Source: an uncultured Bacilli bacterium (GTDB lineage: Bacteria; Bacillota_I; Bacilli_A; RF39; UBA660). From it: a stretch of 64,000 nucleotides of DNA. The notes beneath the pieces were generated by a model that worked only from the letters and a program-made list of their open reading frames with translations, was not told where the DNA came from and made no database searches. Position numbers and translations under genes: made by a program. The DNA is taken from the NCBI GenBank assembly GCA_947585665.1, contig CANPXE010000002.1, positions 1,820 to 65,819 of the forward strand, given 5' to 3'. This document shows, piece by piece, positions 1 to 9,876 of the stretch (position 1 is the first letter of the stretch; each line of letters starts with the position of its first letter).

Positions 1-3
1 ATT

Positions 4-30
4 AAAAAAATACTCAAATCATTTTGAGTA
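4..30 (-). terminator. Rho-independent terminator downstream of yidD
   Basis: Hairpin tactcaaa-tgat-ttgagta followed by a T-run when read on the minus strand, immediately 3' of the yidD stop codon. Confidence 0.6.
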
Positions 31-33
31 TTT

Positions 34-264
34 TTATTTGACCTTTTTTGCTTTTTTAGGAACAGGATCATAACCACTCGTTCCCCAAGGATTACATTTT
101 AAGACTCTTTTTGTTGCCAAAAACATGCCTTTAATCGAACCATATTCCGAAATAGCTTCAATGGCATAATTTGAACAAGTTGGAATATGACGACACATAT
201 TGTGCCATGGTCCTGGAATCTTTTGATATATTCTTATTAAGCCAATTAATATCTTTTTCATCAT
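34..264 (-). CDS. yidD: Membrane protein insertion efficiency factor YidD
   Basis: 76 aa with the conserved YidD core (LIRIYQKxxxPxxxxxCRxxPTCSxYAIEAIxxxGxxKG). Confidence 0.85.
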   Translation of the reverse strand: MMKKILIGLIRIYQKIPGPWHNMCRHIPTCSNYAIEAISEYGSIKGMFLATKRVLKCNPWGTSGYDPVPKKAKKVK

Positions 265-1172
265 AATCTCTTTCTAAAATTACCATCTATTTCAACACCA
301 TTAGTTTTAACTAAAAAGGCACTTTCATCTAAATTCTTAATATTTCTTTCAAGGCGTTGTAATTCATATTTAGATACAGCAATATAAGATATATAAGTCT
401 TTGTATTTTTATAACCACCAACAGCTTCCCATGTCGTAATATCACGATCTAATTCATTAACAACAAATTCTGATATTTTAGTAGGTTTCTTTTTAGTAAA
501 AATAATCGCTGTTGAACAAATATTTTGCGCATGAGTATTATCGATTGTAAAAGATGCACAAACTGAATAAATAATGGAATATATCATCGTACTTAAGCCA
601 GACATAATACCACAAAGAGTATAGATGACAGCATTTATTCCTAACTCTAGTTTACCTACTGAAAAATTACGATTTTTTAATGTTGCCACAACACCAATGA
701 TATCAGTTCCACCGCCACTAGCACCAGCTGATAAAGTCATACCACTTCCAATACCAGCAATTATTCCACCAATTAAAACGGAAGTTATTTTTTCAGCAAC
801 TAAAGGCGTTGAAAGCGGTTGAATAATTGTTAAGAAAAAGGTTTCTAGTGATACACATAATAAAGTTCTTGCGAAAAAAGTTTTGCTGACATATTTATAA
901 GCTAAAATAAATAATGGTACATTAAGAGCATAATATAACAATCCCGCAAAATCAAAACTGAAATGAAGATGAAAAACTTTAATTAAAAAAGTACGTGTTA
1001 ATTGCGAAATACCTAATGCTCCACCATTATATAGTCCCATTGGAACAATAAAAATATTGACTGCAAAAGTAAATAAAAAAACACCAATTAAAGCTTTTAC
1101 GAATTGATTAAATTCCCATTTAAAAACCCTATTAAAAATATTATCTTTTGCCATATTTATCACTCCAAACAA
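261..1172 (-). CDS. YitT-family (DUF161/DUF2179) integral membrane protein
   Basis: 303 aa, multiple TM helices, [10 protein letters not shown]-type and GGGTDI motifs typical of YitT/YqfU proteins. Confidence 0.5.
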   Translation of the reverse strand: MFGVINMAKDNIFNRVFKWEFNQFVKALIGVFLFTFAVNIFIVPMGLYNGGALGISQLTRTFLIKVFHLHFSFDFAGLLYYALNVPLFILAYKYVSKTFFARTLLCVSLETFFLTIIQPLSTPLVAEKITSVLIGGIIAGIGSGMTLSAGASGGGTDIIGVVATLKNRNFSVGKLELGINAVIYTLCGIMSGLSTMIYSIIYSVCASFTIDNTHAQNICSTAIIFTKKKPTKISEFVVNELDRDITTWEAVGGYKNTKTYISYIAVSKYELQRLERNIKNLDESAFLVKTNGVEIDGNFRKRL

Positions 1173-1200
1173 TAGTATTTTAACACTTTAAAGAGAAAAA

Positions 1201-1235
1201 TAAAACACTTTCAAGATATGTGAAAGTGTTTTATA
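1201..1235 (-). terminator. Rho-independent terminator
   Basis: 10-bp stem aacactttca/tgaaagtgtt; on the minus strand it is followed by a T-rich tract, downstream of the 1236..1436 gene. Confidence 0.5.
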
Positions 1236-1436
1236 TTACTCAGAATCAGATTTTAACTCAGCAACAAGCGTTTGAACTTTTTTAACTTCGTTAATACTTT
1301 CATCTACATATACTTTTAATTTTTGAGGTATATAAATGTTTCCAAAATGAGCAAAATAATTAGAATTATTTTGTAATTTTTCAAGAGAACTATTAATATT
1401 TTCTTTATAATCGTCAATATTACTCATTAGTATCAC
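1236..1436 (-). CDS. Hypothetical small protein (66 aa)
   Basis: ORF only; overlaps the upstream small ORF by 17 nt, which suggests a coupled pair. Confidence 0.25.
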   Translation of the reverse strand: MILMSNIDDYKENINSSLEKLQNNSNYFAHFGNIYIPQKLKVYVDESINEVKKVQTLVAELKSDSE

Positions 1437-1776
1437 CTTTTTCCTTTAATAATCCATTTCGTTTTTGATATTCATCCCAATCAGCAAAGATCATATTAAA
1501 TAAGTCTTCAATTTTTTTATAATTTTCTTCTAAAACTGTATCTGCTGCACTAACTTGACTTTTAAAATTTTCTTGCCAATCTTGAATATTATCAACTAAT
1601 TTTTTTTCACTAACTTCTGTTAAAAGAGCATCATAGTTCGTTAAATTAGAACGACAATCATTTATTTCTGTTTGTAAATCAGCAAGTAATTTACGAAAAT
1701 CATTCTCAGATATACCATCAACTAAAGCGGAAATGACATCGAATGAAAAGTGTTCACCATTTTTCTTTTTTTTCAT
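1420..1776 (-). CDS. Hypothetical small acidic helical protein
   Basis: The ORF track gives 1420..1842. The likely true start is the internal MKKKKNGEHF at about 1776. No recognisable family. Confidence 0.3.
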   Translation of the reverse strand: MKKKKNGEHFSFDVISALVDGISENDFRKLLADLQTEINDCRSNLTNYDALLTEVSEKKLVDNIQDWQENFKSQVSAADTVLEENYKKIEDLFNMIFADWDEYQKRNGLLKEKGDTNE

Positions 1777-1874
1777 AATATACCCCTTTCTATACTCCCA
1801 ATCTTTCATTCTAAATATAACACTTAATATGAAAATTCGCAACTATCTAAACAAAAATTAAAGTAAACTGACAC

Positions 1875-3467
1875 TTAATTGTCTTTTTCTAAAATCTTAA
1901 TAGCACACTTAATACCATCAACAGCTGCACTCATTATCCCACCAGCATAACCACATCCTTCACCACAAGGATAAAGACCTTTAATGCTGCTTTCCAAATC
2001 TTCATCACGAATAATTCTAACAGGTGAACTACTTCTTGTTTCAACACCTGTCAACAAAGCATCTGGTGAAGCAAAACCTTTGATTTTTGTATCAAAATAT
2101 TTAATGCCATTAACTAAAGTATTAGAAACAAAGTCTGGTAAGATTTCATGAAGATTAGTTAAAGTGACACCAGGAAGATAAGTCGGTTTAACTTTCCCTA
2201 AAGATGTAGACATTTTATTTTCTAAGAAATCACCAACTAATTGAACGGGAGCATTGTAGTTATTACCACCCAAAATGAAAGCATCTCTTTCCAGTTTTTC
2301 TTGAAAAGTAATACCTGATAAAACGTCTTCTTCTAAATCCGTTGTCATAACGTTGACGAGTAATGCACTATTAGCGTTTTCTCCATCGCGTTTAAAATAA
2401 CTCATCCCATTAGTGACAATTGTTTCCTTTTCACTTGATGAAGGAACGACATATCCGCCAGGACACATACAAAATGTATAACAACTACGACCATTTTCAT
2501 CATGATAAACTAATTTGTATTCCGCATTAGGTAGTTTAAGTTTAGTCTTAGTACCATACTGACTATTATTAATTAAACTTTGCGGATGTTCAATTCGAAC
2601 TCCGACAGAAAAGTTTTTCTTTTCCATTGGAACATTTAAGTCTTTTAGTCTTTTAAAGGTATCACGAGCACTATGACCAATGGCTAAAACGACTGTATCC
2701 GTAAAATACTTTTCTTTTCCAACTACACCAACTATTTTGTTATCATCTATTAAAAAATCCGTAATCTTTTCTTGAAAATGAAATTCACCACCATGAGCGA
2801 TAATATATTCACGCATATTTTTGATAATCTTAATTAAATTATCCGTACCAATATGAGGTTTATTAATATAAAGAATTTCTTTTGGAGCTCCAAAACGATT
2901 AAAGATCTTTAAGACACTTTGACAAAACTTACTATTAATTCCCGTTGTTAACTTACCATCAGAAAAAGTACCTGCTCCTCCTTCACCAAACTGCACATTG
3001 CTACTCTCATTTAAAATGCGCTTCATCTTAAAATTTTCAACGTCTTGAATACGTTCTTCAACTTGTTTTCCTTGTTCAAAAATGAGCGGTTTAAGACCAT
3101 TTTCAACAAGTGTTAGAGCTGCGAAAAGTCCGCTAGGACCACTTCCAATTATAATTGGACGCACACTACTTTTTCTTCTAACAACAATATCATCAACTTT
3201 TTCTTCAACGACAAAGATAGCATCATGAACATCATATTCACCATCATAGATCATATCAATCGTATAGTTATAAAATATATCATTCTTATTTCTTGCATCA
3301 ACTGATTTCTTTACGATGTGCCACTCTTTAACATTTTCAACGAATAATCTTTTTTTATCACAAAGATATTTTAATAATTCTTCATCATTTAAATCTTGTC
3401 TTACTTTTATATTACTAAATCTAATCATAGAACCACCTATCAATATTATACCAAAGAAAAAAGACAT
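1875..3467 (-). CDS. FAD-dependent dehydrogenase (COG2509-like)
   Basis: 530 aa; Rossmann dinucleotide motif IIGSGPSGLFAALTL; C-terminal GCGYAGGIMSAAVDG typical of the uncharacterised FAD-dependent dehydrogenase family. Confidence 0.65.
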   Translation of the reverse strand: MSFFFGIILIGGSMIRFSNIKVRQDLNDEELLKYLCDKKRLFVENVKEWHIVKKSVDARNKNDIFYNYTIDMIYDGEYDVHDAIFVVEEKVDDIVVRRKSSVRPIIIGSGPSGLFAALTLVENGLKPLIFEQGKQVEERIQDVENFKMKRILNESSNVQFGEGGAGTFSDGKLTTGINSKFCQSVLKIFNRFGAPKEILYINKPHIGTDNLIKIIKNMREYIIAHGGEFHFQEKITDFLIDDNKIVGVVGKEKYFTDTVVLAIGHSARDTFKRLKDLNVPMEKKNFSVGVRIEHPQSLINNSQYGTKTKLKLPNAEYKLVYHDENGRSCYTFCMCPGGYVVPSSSEKETIVTNGMSYFKRDGENANSALLVNVMTTDLEEDVLSGITFQEKLERDAFILGGNNYNAPVQLVGDFLENKMSTSLGKVKPTYLPGVTLTNLHEILPDFVSNTLVNGIKYFDTKIKGFASPDALLTGVETRSSSPVRIIRDEDLESSIKGLYPCGEGCGYAGGIMSAAVDGIKCAIKILEKDN

Positions 3468-3490
3468 TGAATGTCTTTTATATCTTTTAA

Positions 3491-4579
3491 TTAATCTTTT
3501 ACATAGGTATTTAATGGTTTAGTACGATATTCCAAATCACCCATGTCAGCTGTTGGCACAAATCCCGCTCTAGCATTGATCAAATCAGGAAGGCGATTAA
3601 CAACACTAGCACAAGTAAGTTCAACTGTAGCTGGTCTTTGAACAGTAATCGTCGTATTTGGTTCTCCTTCAATTGTCCATTCATTGATGTCGAATTCATC
3701 AGGTGCATAAACCTTACCAACACACTTCGTTTCAAGTGTAATTCCTTCTTCTGTTTCCGTTGTAACAACAGCGCTCATACCAGTAGCGTCACCTTTTTTA
3801 ACAACCATTCCTAAAGTAGTTGAATTAATATCTTCTTTATAAGTTTCAGGTACACATTTTTGAGTTTGACTCTTAACCGTTAGTCCTAATTTTTCACATA
3901 GCCAACCATTAACGTTCCACATGTAACTTGGAGAATACTTACCACTATCAATTAGAGCTTGACGTTCTTCAGCACTCATTCTATCAACACTCGCAATCTT
4001 TTCATCAAATTCTTGTAGTGTTAATCCTGCCCCATGAGCTTCTGCAAGAGCAATACCATAGTCTTCAACATTGTACCAAGATTCACCAATAATCTTTTTA
4101 ATATTATGAGTTGATCCACCAATAGAACTGATTAATTGTCCCCAATAAATATCTTGATAACCACTACCCGTTATCGTACAATTGTGTTCTTTCGCAAGAG
4201 CATCAATTTTAGAAGTCAAATTAGGATTAGAATTCCAAGAGAAGAAAGCTTCTTCACATGTTGTAATCGCATTAATTCCAAGTTCTGCACATAACAATAA
4301 AGCATCTTTAACATCTTCTAATAAACTCATTGTTGTAACAATACAAGCATCAGGTTTTAAAGATTCTAATAAAGTTCGAGCACTTTCAACAGGTGAAACA
4401 ACTACACCCTTACTTTCAGTTTCCATAATTTCCCCAATATCTTTACCAATAACATTAGGGTTAATATCGACTGCTCCAACAATTTCAGCACCCTTTTCAT
4501 ATACATAACGCATCGTGTACTTACTCATCTTTCCACAACCATATTGAACAATTCTTAACTTCCTATCCATATATATCAT
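3491..4579 (-). CDS. DapB-like NAD(P)-dependent amine dehydrogenase family protein (2,4-diaminopentanoate dehydrogenase-like)
   Basis: 362 aa; N-terminal Rossmann LRIVQYGCGKMSKYTMRYVYEKGAEIVGAVD. Overall resemblance to DapB-like/Ord-type dehydrogenases, assigned by recall and not searched. Confidence 0.45.
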   Translation of the reverse strand: MIYMDRKLRIVQYGCGKMSKYTMRYVYEKGAEIVGAVDINPNVIGKDIGEIMETESKGVVVSPVESARTLLESLKPDACIVTTMSLLEDVKDALLLCAELGINAITTCEEAFFSWNSNPNLTSKIDALAKEHNCTITGSGYQDIYWGQLISSIGGSTHNIKKIIGESWYNVEDYGIALAEAHGAGLTLQEFDEKIASVDRMSAEERQALIDSGKYSPSYMWNVNGWLCEKLGLTVKSQTQKCVPETYKEDINSTTLGMVVKKGDATGMSAVVTTETEEGITLETKCVGKVYAPDEFDINEWTIEGEPNTTITVQRPATVELTCASVVNRLPDLINARAGFVPTADMGDLEYRTKPLNTYVKD

Positions 4580-4655
4580 CTCCTCTATTATTAATTATAC
4601 CCAATTTACTATATCTTTTAAAATCATTTTCAAAAAAAACAAACAACTTTACATG

Positions 4656-5336
4656 CTATTTAACTTTTAAAGAACGTAAATAGTTTTTAGTATCATTACT
4701 AATACGATAAGATTCAATCGCTTTTTGAATAGACTTATTATGTACCCAAGGATCTAACTTCTTATTTTCAAAAATAGAAATCGTTACATCATATTGTTTT
4801 ATCAAAGCATAACTAAAATACCAAGCAACAGCCATATTAACATAATATTTATCACTCTTAATTGAACAAACCAAATTATTAATCTCTTCTTTAAAATTAT
4901 TACCTAAATAAAAATTTAACAAAGTAACAACCCCAAAACGAATATAATATTCATCCTTAGTATTGATCCATTCTTTTACTTTATCTAATATACGATCAGG
5001 ATCTTTCATAAAAGCATGGGGCTTCAAACAATCACTAACAGCCCAGTTATCAATATAGGGAAGAAAGCGCTCTATTTCGATAAGTAATTCATCTAAATCT
5101 TGTAGGAGAGAAAGAACGGATGCATGAAGAAGATTCTCTTCGTAATAATCGTGAGGAAGTTTTTTTATGAACTCTTTATAATTACCATTTTTTACTAACT
5201 CTTTAGCCATTTTACGGATAATGGGTAGTCTTACTCCAAGCATTTTTTCTTTATCGATATTAGGAATAATTCGACTATTAAAATCACGATATTTAATATC
5301 TTGATGTGATAATAATTCATCTTTTATTTGCTTCAT
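4656..5336 (-). CDS. DNA alkylation repair protein (AlkD/AlkC-like HEAT-repeat glycosylase family)
   Basis: 226 aa helical repeat protein; N-terminal pattern matches the DNA_alkylation family as recalled. Confidence 0.5.
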   Translation of the reverse strand: MKQIKDELLSHQDIKYRDFNSRIIPNIDKEKMLGVRLPIIRKMAKELVKNGNYKEFIKKLPHDYYEENLLHASVLSLLQDLDELLIEIERFLPYIDNWAVSDCLKPHAFMKDPDRILDKVKEWINTKDEYYIRFGVVTLLNFYLGNNFKEEINNLVCSIKSDKYYVNMAVAWYFSYALIKQYDVTISIFENKKLDPWVHNKSIQKAIESYRISNDTKNYLRSLKVK

Positions 5337-5935
5337 TTAACACCTCCACGAAATAATTTCTTAATAAAACGATAACCAATTCGTATAACACCAATAATAT
5401 AACTATTTAAATATAAATCTCTAATAACTTCTTCACGGGAAGAAAAGAAATCAGATTTAATAAGTATTTTTTGACGCCAAAATAAAACTTTAATTATTTT
5501 TAAATCTTCTATTTTTATTATTTTATATTTACTTTTAACCTCAGAACAATAAAACAATTTACAAGCAAGATTTTTAGTTGGACAAGGACCACCACATTCA
5601 AAGCGACACTTACGACAACAACCATTAATCTTATCACTTTTTAATTTTCTCTGTAATCGACATTTATTATTCTTAAAATCACAAACATTTTTATTGGCAA
5701 AATAATCATCTATTTCTTGACAAGCTGTATCATAAATAAATTCTAATCTTTTACGTCTATTTTTTATATTTAAAGCCAATATTAAATCATTTATATCATA
5801 TTTATCTTTTTCCAATTTAAAAGTTACAAAATTATATAAAAAAGAACGATATAAAAAAAGTCTATTATAAAATTTATTAAGATCTTTTTGATTATTAATC
5901 TTTAATACTTTTTCCATAACTACACCTAAATTCAT
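5333..5935 (-). CDS. Cysteine-rich hypothetical protein (possible YkgJ/UPF0153-like metal-binding cluster)
   Basis: 200 aa; Cys cluster CDFKNNKCRLQRKLKSDKINGCCRKCRFECGGPCPTKNLACKLFYC; start overlaps the upstream gene by 4 nt. Confidence 0.3.
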   Translation of the reverse strand: MNLGVVMEKVLKINNQKDLNKFYNRLFLYRSFLYNFVTFKLEKDKYDINDLILALNIKNRRKRLEFIYDTACQEIDDYFANKNVCDFKNNKCRLQRKLKSDKINGCCRKCRFECGGPCPTKNLACKLFYCSEVKSKYKIIKIEDLKIIKVLFWRQKILIKSDFFSSREEVIRDLYLNSYIIGVIRIGYRFIKKLFRGGVK

Positions 5936-5936
5936 T

Positions 5937-5972
5937 ATAACATAAAAAAAGTCTGATTCCTCAGACTAATCG
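5937..5972 (-). terminator. Rho-independent terminator
   Basis: Stem gtctga..tcagac followed on the minus strand by TTTTTTT, directly 3' of the flavin reductase-rubredoxin gene. Confidence 0.55.
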
Positions 5973-6598
5973 ATTTTGACAAATACTTCTCTTGGTTGAC
6001 CACAAATTGGACAAGTAAAATCTAATGGTAGTTCTTCTCCTTCATAGACATAACCACACATAGTACATTTCCAACGACTTGCTTTTATTTCTTTCTCAAT
6101 GTCTTCAACATAGGTTGGTGCTTTTTTAGGACTGGTTCCTTTTAACACCTCATGATAATATTTATAAGTCATTGGTGTTTCATCTTGATATTTTTCCATA
6201 GCAATTATTTTACCAACAAAAATAGTATGTGTATCAGTTTCAAGAGTGCTAATTACTTCACAAACAACGTAACCATTACTATCCTTTAAAACGGGAATAC
6301 TTTCTATTTCCTCATAAGATACATCCTTAAATTTATCAGTATCACGGCTACTAGAAAAACCAAAGGTTCCAATAATTGTGGGATTACTTTTTTCATTTAA
6401 AATGGATACTGAAAACTTATTTGTTTTTTTAATACATTCATTAGTATAATTTTCTTTATTAATGCTTATGGCAATTGTTGCCGGATTTGATGTTATTTGA
6501 ACAGCAGTATTAATAGTACATCCAACATTTCTTTCACCATCTTTACTCCCAACAACATAAACACCATAACTCAAATCTCTAAGTATTTTATTATTCAT
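5966..6598 (-). CDS. Flavin reductase-like domain fused to C-terminal rubredoxin
   Basis: N-terminal flavin-reductase-like fold (YGVYVVGSKDGERNVGCTIN); C-terminal rubredoxin with WKCTMCGYVY ... CPICGQPREVF (two CxxC pairs). Confidence 0.7.
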   Translation of the reverse strand: MNNKILRDLSYGVYVVGSKDGERNVGCTINTAVQITSNPATIAISINKENYTNECIKKTNKFSVSILNEKSNPTIIGTFGFSSSRDTDKFKDVSYEEIESIPVLKDSNGYVVCEVISTLETDTHTIFVGKIIAMEKYQDETPMTYKYYHEVLKGTSPKKAPTYVEDIEKEIKASRWKCTMCGYVYEGEELPLDFTCPICGQPREVFVKID

Positions 6599-6607
6599 TT
6601 TTTCCTC

Positions 6608-7348
6608 CTAATTCATTGCCGCACCATCAACTGGCAAAACTATTCCCGTTATGTAACTAGCAAGGTCACTTGCAAGAAATAAGAATGCGTTAGCGATATC
6701 TTCAACTCTTCCGATACGTCCAAGTGGAATCGTTGCAACTAATGGATCAATCATCTCTTTAGGAAGAGCACGAACCATATCCGTTTCGATTATTCCTGGA
6801 GCTACTGCATTAACACGAATACCATATTTACCAAGTTCACGAGCAAGCGATTTTGTCATACCATTAACAGCGTACTTACTTGCGGGATACATAACACCAC
6901 TAGGTTGCCCATAAATACTGACAAAAGAACTCGTATTTAAAATGACACCACCACGCTCTTTCATATAATCGACTATAGCTCTTGAACACATGTAGACAGC
7001 ACGAACATTAATATCCATAATCTTGTCATATTCCTCACTAGTATACTCAGTAAATGGCGTCTTACTAGATACCCCAGCATTATTAACTAAAATATCAATT
7101 TTACCATATTTTCTAATGACTTCCTCAAAAGCCGCACGTAGTTCTTCTTCACGATTCAAATTGGGATAAAGTCCCATTACTTCAAAAGATGGATTTTCTT
7201 CTTTTAAAGTTGTTACAGCTTTTTCAACTGTTTCCCTTCTTGTACCAAATAAAATAACTTTAGCTTTATTCTCTAAGAATTTATGAACTATTTCATAACC
7301 GATACCACGCGTACCACCTGTCACGATAGCAACTTTTCCCTGTAACAT
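6608..7348 (-). CDS. Short-chain dehydrogenase/reductase (FabG-like)
   Basis: GKVAIVTGGTRGIG TGxxxGIG motif, NNAG, and a YxxxK-type catalytic region (YPASKYAV). Confidence 0.75.
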   Translation of the reverse strand: MLQGKVAIVTGGTRGIGYEIVHKFLENKAKVILFGTRRETVEKAVTTLKEENPSFEVMGLYPNLNREEELRAAFEEVIRKYGKIDILVNNAGVSSKTPFTEYTSEEYDKIMDINVRAVYMCSRAIVDYMKERGGVILNTSSFVSIYGQPSGVMYPASKYAVNGMTKSLARELGKYGIRVNAVAPGIIETDMVRALPKEMIDPLVATIPLGRIGRVEDIANAFLFLASDLASYITGIVLPVDGAAMN

Positions 7349-7395
7349 AAAACCACTCCTATCTTTATTAAATTATAACACTCTTTATCTAAAAT

Positions 7396-7425
7396 TTGTT
7401 CCTTTCCTATAAAAAATGTTATAAT
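7396..7425 (+). promoter_or_regulatory. Sigma-A type promoter (TTGTTC, 17 nt spacer, extended -10 TGnTATAAT)
   Basis: ttgttc-17nt-tgttataat about 30 nt upstream of a GGGAGG RBS and the ATG at 7458. Confidence 0.45.
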
Positions 7426-7457
7426 AATGAACATAGTTAGTAGTTTGGGAGGATAAT

Positions 7458-8585
7458 ATGGAAAAGTTAAAAGTTACTAATCTCGCTCTTTTTGCGAAAT
7501 CATTTTATTTATTAGGTGATACCCTAGATTACTGTTATGATTGTAAGTATTGCCGTCTAAATGGTGAAAAAGAAGAAGAAAAGCATTTTAATATTTTACC
7601 AAAAGATATCAATCCCAACTTTGTTAATATTCCAGTAGCTGTTAATCTTTTTTATGGCGATCCCCTCCTCCAAACTGATAACACAATTAAACTATTAAAA
7701 GAATTAGAAAAAAGTGGTCATAAAGGTCCTGTCATCATAATTACTAAGGGTGATTTTAGTAAGTTTCCCGATATTCCCTTTAACTTAGACTTACATGTTG
7801 CCTTTTCTTGTTTTGGTACGGATTCTCATTTAGATGGAAGTACGATGGAAAGATTTGAGAATAATTTGAAAACTACAAGAAAAAGAAAAAATAATTATAA
7901 ATATTCGATTGAATACCGCCCTATTTGTTATGGTATCAATGATAGTGAAGAAGTTTTTGATCATGTTTTAGAACTTGCTAAAGAGTATGGACTTGCTATT
8001 GGATATTCTGGACTCCAAGGGAAACCAGAAAGCGTTAAAATTTGGGAAAGTGAAGGTTTAGAATTACAACCATATCCAGGATATACCTTTGGACATAAGA
8101 AAATAATTGCTGATGAAGTAGTAAAACTTTTTGAAAAGAAAGCCGAAGAGTATGGTGTTCCCGTTTTTAAAAAGACTTCTTGTCTCTTTACTTACGTTCA
8201 CAATTTAGAACGCGATTACAACGCTCATTATTATCGCCCTAATGAAGTTGGATGTTTTGGATGTAAGATGGAAGATAAATGTTTCACCTATAAAAATAAC
8301 CAAGAACAAAATCCTGATTTAAGTGATATCATTCCTTTTGATTATGAAATAGAAGAAAAAGAAAATCATGTTTGTATTTTAAAGAAAAAAGGTATATGTG
8401 AATTTCCTACTCCTGATTGTAGTCATATTTCTGGTAAAATAATTAAAATTAAAGATAAATTGACAACATCAGATGTTAGAGTGATAAAATGGTTAACGGG
8501 ATATACAGTTGATGCTGACTTCGTTGAAAATCCCTATATAAGCGAAAAATGGGTCAAGAATCCTCAATTGATAAAAAAGAAGTAA
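7458..8585 (+). CDS. Hypothetical Cys-rich protein (possible Fe-S enzyme)
   Basis: 375 aa; N-terminal CYDCKYC (CxxCxxC, not the canonical radical-SAM CxxxCxxC) plus further Cys pairs (CFGCKMEDKC, CEFPTPDC); no confident family. Confidence 0.3.
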   Translation: MEKLKVTNLALFAKSFYLLGDTLDYCYDCKYCRLNGEKEEEKHFNILPKDINPNFVNIPVAVNLFYGDPLLQTDNTIKLLKELEKSGHKGPVIIITKGDFSKFPDIPFNLDLHVAFSCFGTDSHLDGSTMERFENNLKTTRKRKNNYKYSIEYRPICYGINDSEEVFDHVLELAKEYGLAIGYSGLQGKPESVKIWESEGLELQPYPGYTFGHKKIIADEVVKLFEKKAEEYGVPVFKKTSCLFTYVHNLERDYNAHYYRPNEVGCFGCKMEDKCFTYKNNQEQNPDLSDIIPFDYEIEEKENHVCILKKKGICEFPTPDCSHISGKIIKIKDKLTTSDVRVIKWLTGYTVDADFVENPYISEKWVKNPQLIKKK

Positions 8586-8595
8586 AGGAGTAAAT

Positions 8596-9189
8596 ATGGT
8601 AATTGGTATAGATATTGATGGCGTTATTCTCGATTTTGAAAGAACAGTAAATAATCGCGCTGAAATGTATGATTTATTTGAACTACATAAAAATGGTGTA
8701 ACTAAGGAAAAAGAGTTTTATTCAATCAATCGCTATGATTGGACTAAAGAAGAACGTGATTATTTTATCGATAACTATTTAGTTCCAGCAACTGAAGAAG
8801 CACCACTAATGCCTGGAGCTAAAGAAGGAATGGACTTTCTTCATCAACAAGGATTTCGCCTTGAAATAATAACCGCTCGTGGAACAATTAATAGGAATAT
8901 TAAAAAAGCTGCACTTGATGCTTTAAAAAAATATGATATCTATTATGATGATATTCACTTTGAAGTCGAAGAAAAAGTATCACTTGCGAAGGAATTAAAC
9001 GTTCAATTAATGTTAGAAGATAATCCCAATACTTGTCAAAAATTCATTGATGCGAAAATACCTGTTATTTATTTCCGTGATAAAAATAGTCATAAATTAA
9101 AAGAAAGCGAATATTTAAAAGAAGTATCTAATTGGGGTGATATTTGTCGCTATATCTTAAATGAAAAAAATCTATCCAAAAAGATGTAG
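8596..9189 (+). CDS. HAD-superfamily 5'(3')-deoxyribonucleotidase-like protein
   Basis: N-terminal IGIDIDGVILDF (HAD DxDG motif); size and layout like NT5C-type nucleotidases. An RBS-ATG follows 10 nt after the upstream gene. Confidence 0.45.
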   Translation: MVIGIDIDGVILDFERTVNNRAEMYDLFELHKNGVTKEKEFYSINRYDWTKEERDYFIDNYLVPATEEAPLMPGAKEGMDFLHQQGFRLEIITARGTINRNIKKAALDALKKYDIYYDDIHFEVEEKVSLAKELNVQLMLEDNPNTCQKFIDAKIPVIYFRDKNSHKLKESEYLKEVSNWGDICRYILNEKNLSKKM

Positions 9190-9238
9190 ATTTTTTCTTT
9201 TTAATGTATAATTAAATAGTAATAATAGAGGTGCAATA

Positions 9239-9865
9239 ATGAAAAATAGTATTAAAAAAATGACTAGAAAAGACTTTTTATATATCGTTTTACCAGTCAT
9301 CATTCAAAGTATTTTATATTTTATTGTCAAATTTTTAGCATTCAACGTTCATACTATTCACTCAATTTTTGATGATAAATTGCCATTTATACCATACTTT
9401 GTCTATCCCTATGTTCTTTGGTATTTATTATTGGTATTGGTACCATTCATAATTTATGTATATGAAAAAGATAAATTAAAGAAATATGATCAATACTTCT
9501 TAATCTGTAGTTTTATCAGTATTTTTATCTTTTTAGTTTTTCCAACGACAATTAATCGTGCTGCCATCGAAGTAAATAGTTTTTCCACAATAATTGTGGA
9601 TATAATTTATAGAATTGATACACCTATTCTTAATTGTTTTCCAAGTATTCATGCTTTAAACAGTATGATGTGGGTAATTTTCTTTACCAAGAACAAAAAG
9701 GCACCAATATTTTTAAGATATCTAATAGTCATATTATCAATAAGTGTCGTTCTTGCAACCATCTTCATTAAACAACACGTCATTTATGATTTAATGGGTT
9801 CAGTTGGTGTCTTAATAGTTGGATATTTAATTCTTAAAATAATTGAAAAAAGAAAAAGTAGTTAA
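9239..9865 (+). CDS. Integral membrane protein, PAP2-like phosphatase candidate
   Basis: 208 aa, about 5 TM helices; FPSIHA (PSxH-like) and QHVIYD (HxxxD-like) motifs; weak assignment. Confidence 0.3.
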   Translation: MKNSIKKMTRKDFLYIVLPVIIQSILYFIVKFLAFNVHTIHSIFDDKLPFIPYFVYPYVLWYLLLVLVPFIIYVYEKDKLKKYDQYFLICSFISIFIFLVFPTTINRAAIEVNSFSTIIVDIIYRIDTPILNCFPSIHALNSMMWVIFFTKNKKAPIFLRYLIVILSISVVLATIFIKQHVIYDLMGSVGVLIVGYLILKIIEKRKSS

Positions 9866-9876
9866 CCACTACTTTT

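Noticed and set aside
625-822. 65-aa plus-strand ORF inside the YitT-family gene
   Set aside because: It lies fully antisense within a well-supported 303-aa membrane protein gene, has no RBS, and has low-complexity Pro/Ile composition typical of spurious antisense ORFs in AT-rich DNA.
3316-4508. Plus-strand ORFs (3316..3522, 4182..4508) antisense to the FAD-dehydrogenase and DapB-like genes
   Set aside because: They overlap longer, motif-supported minus-strand genes, with no start context and low-complexity products.
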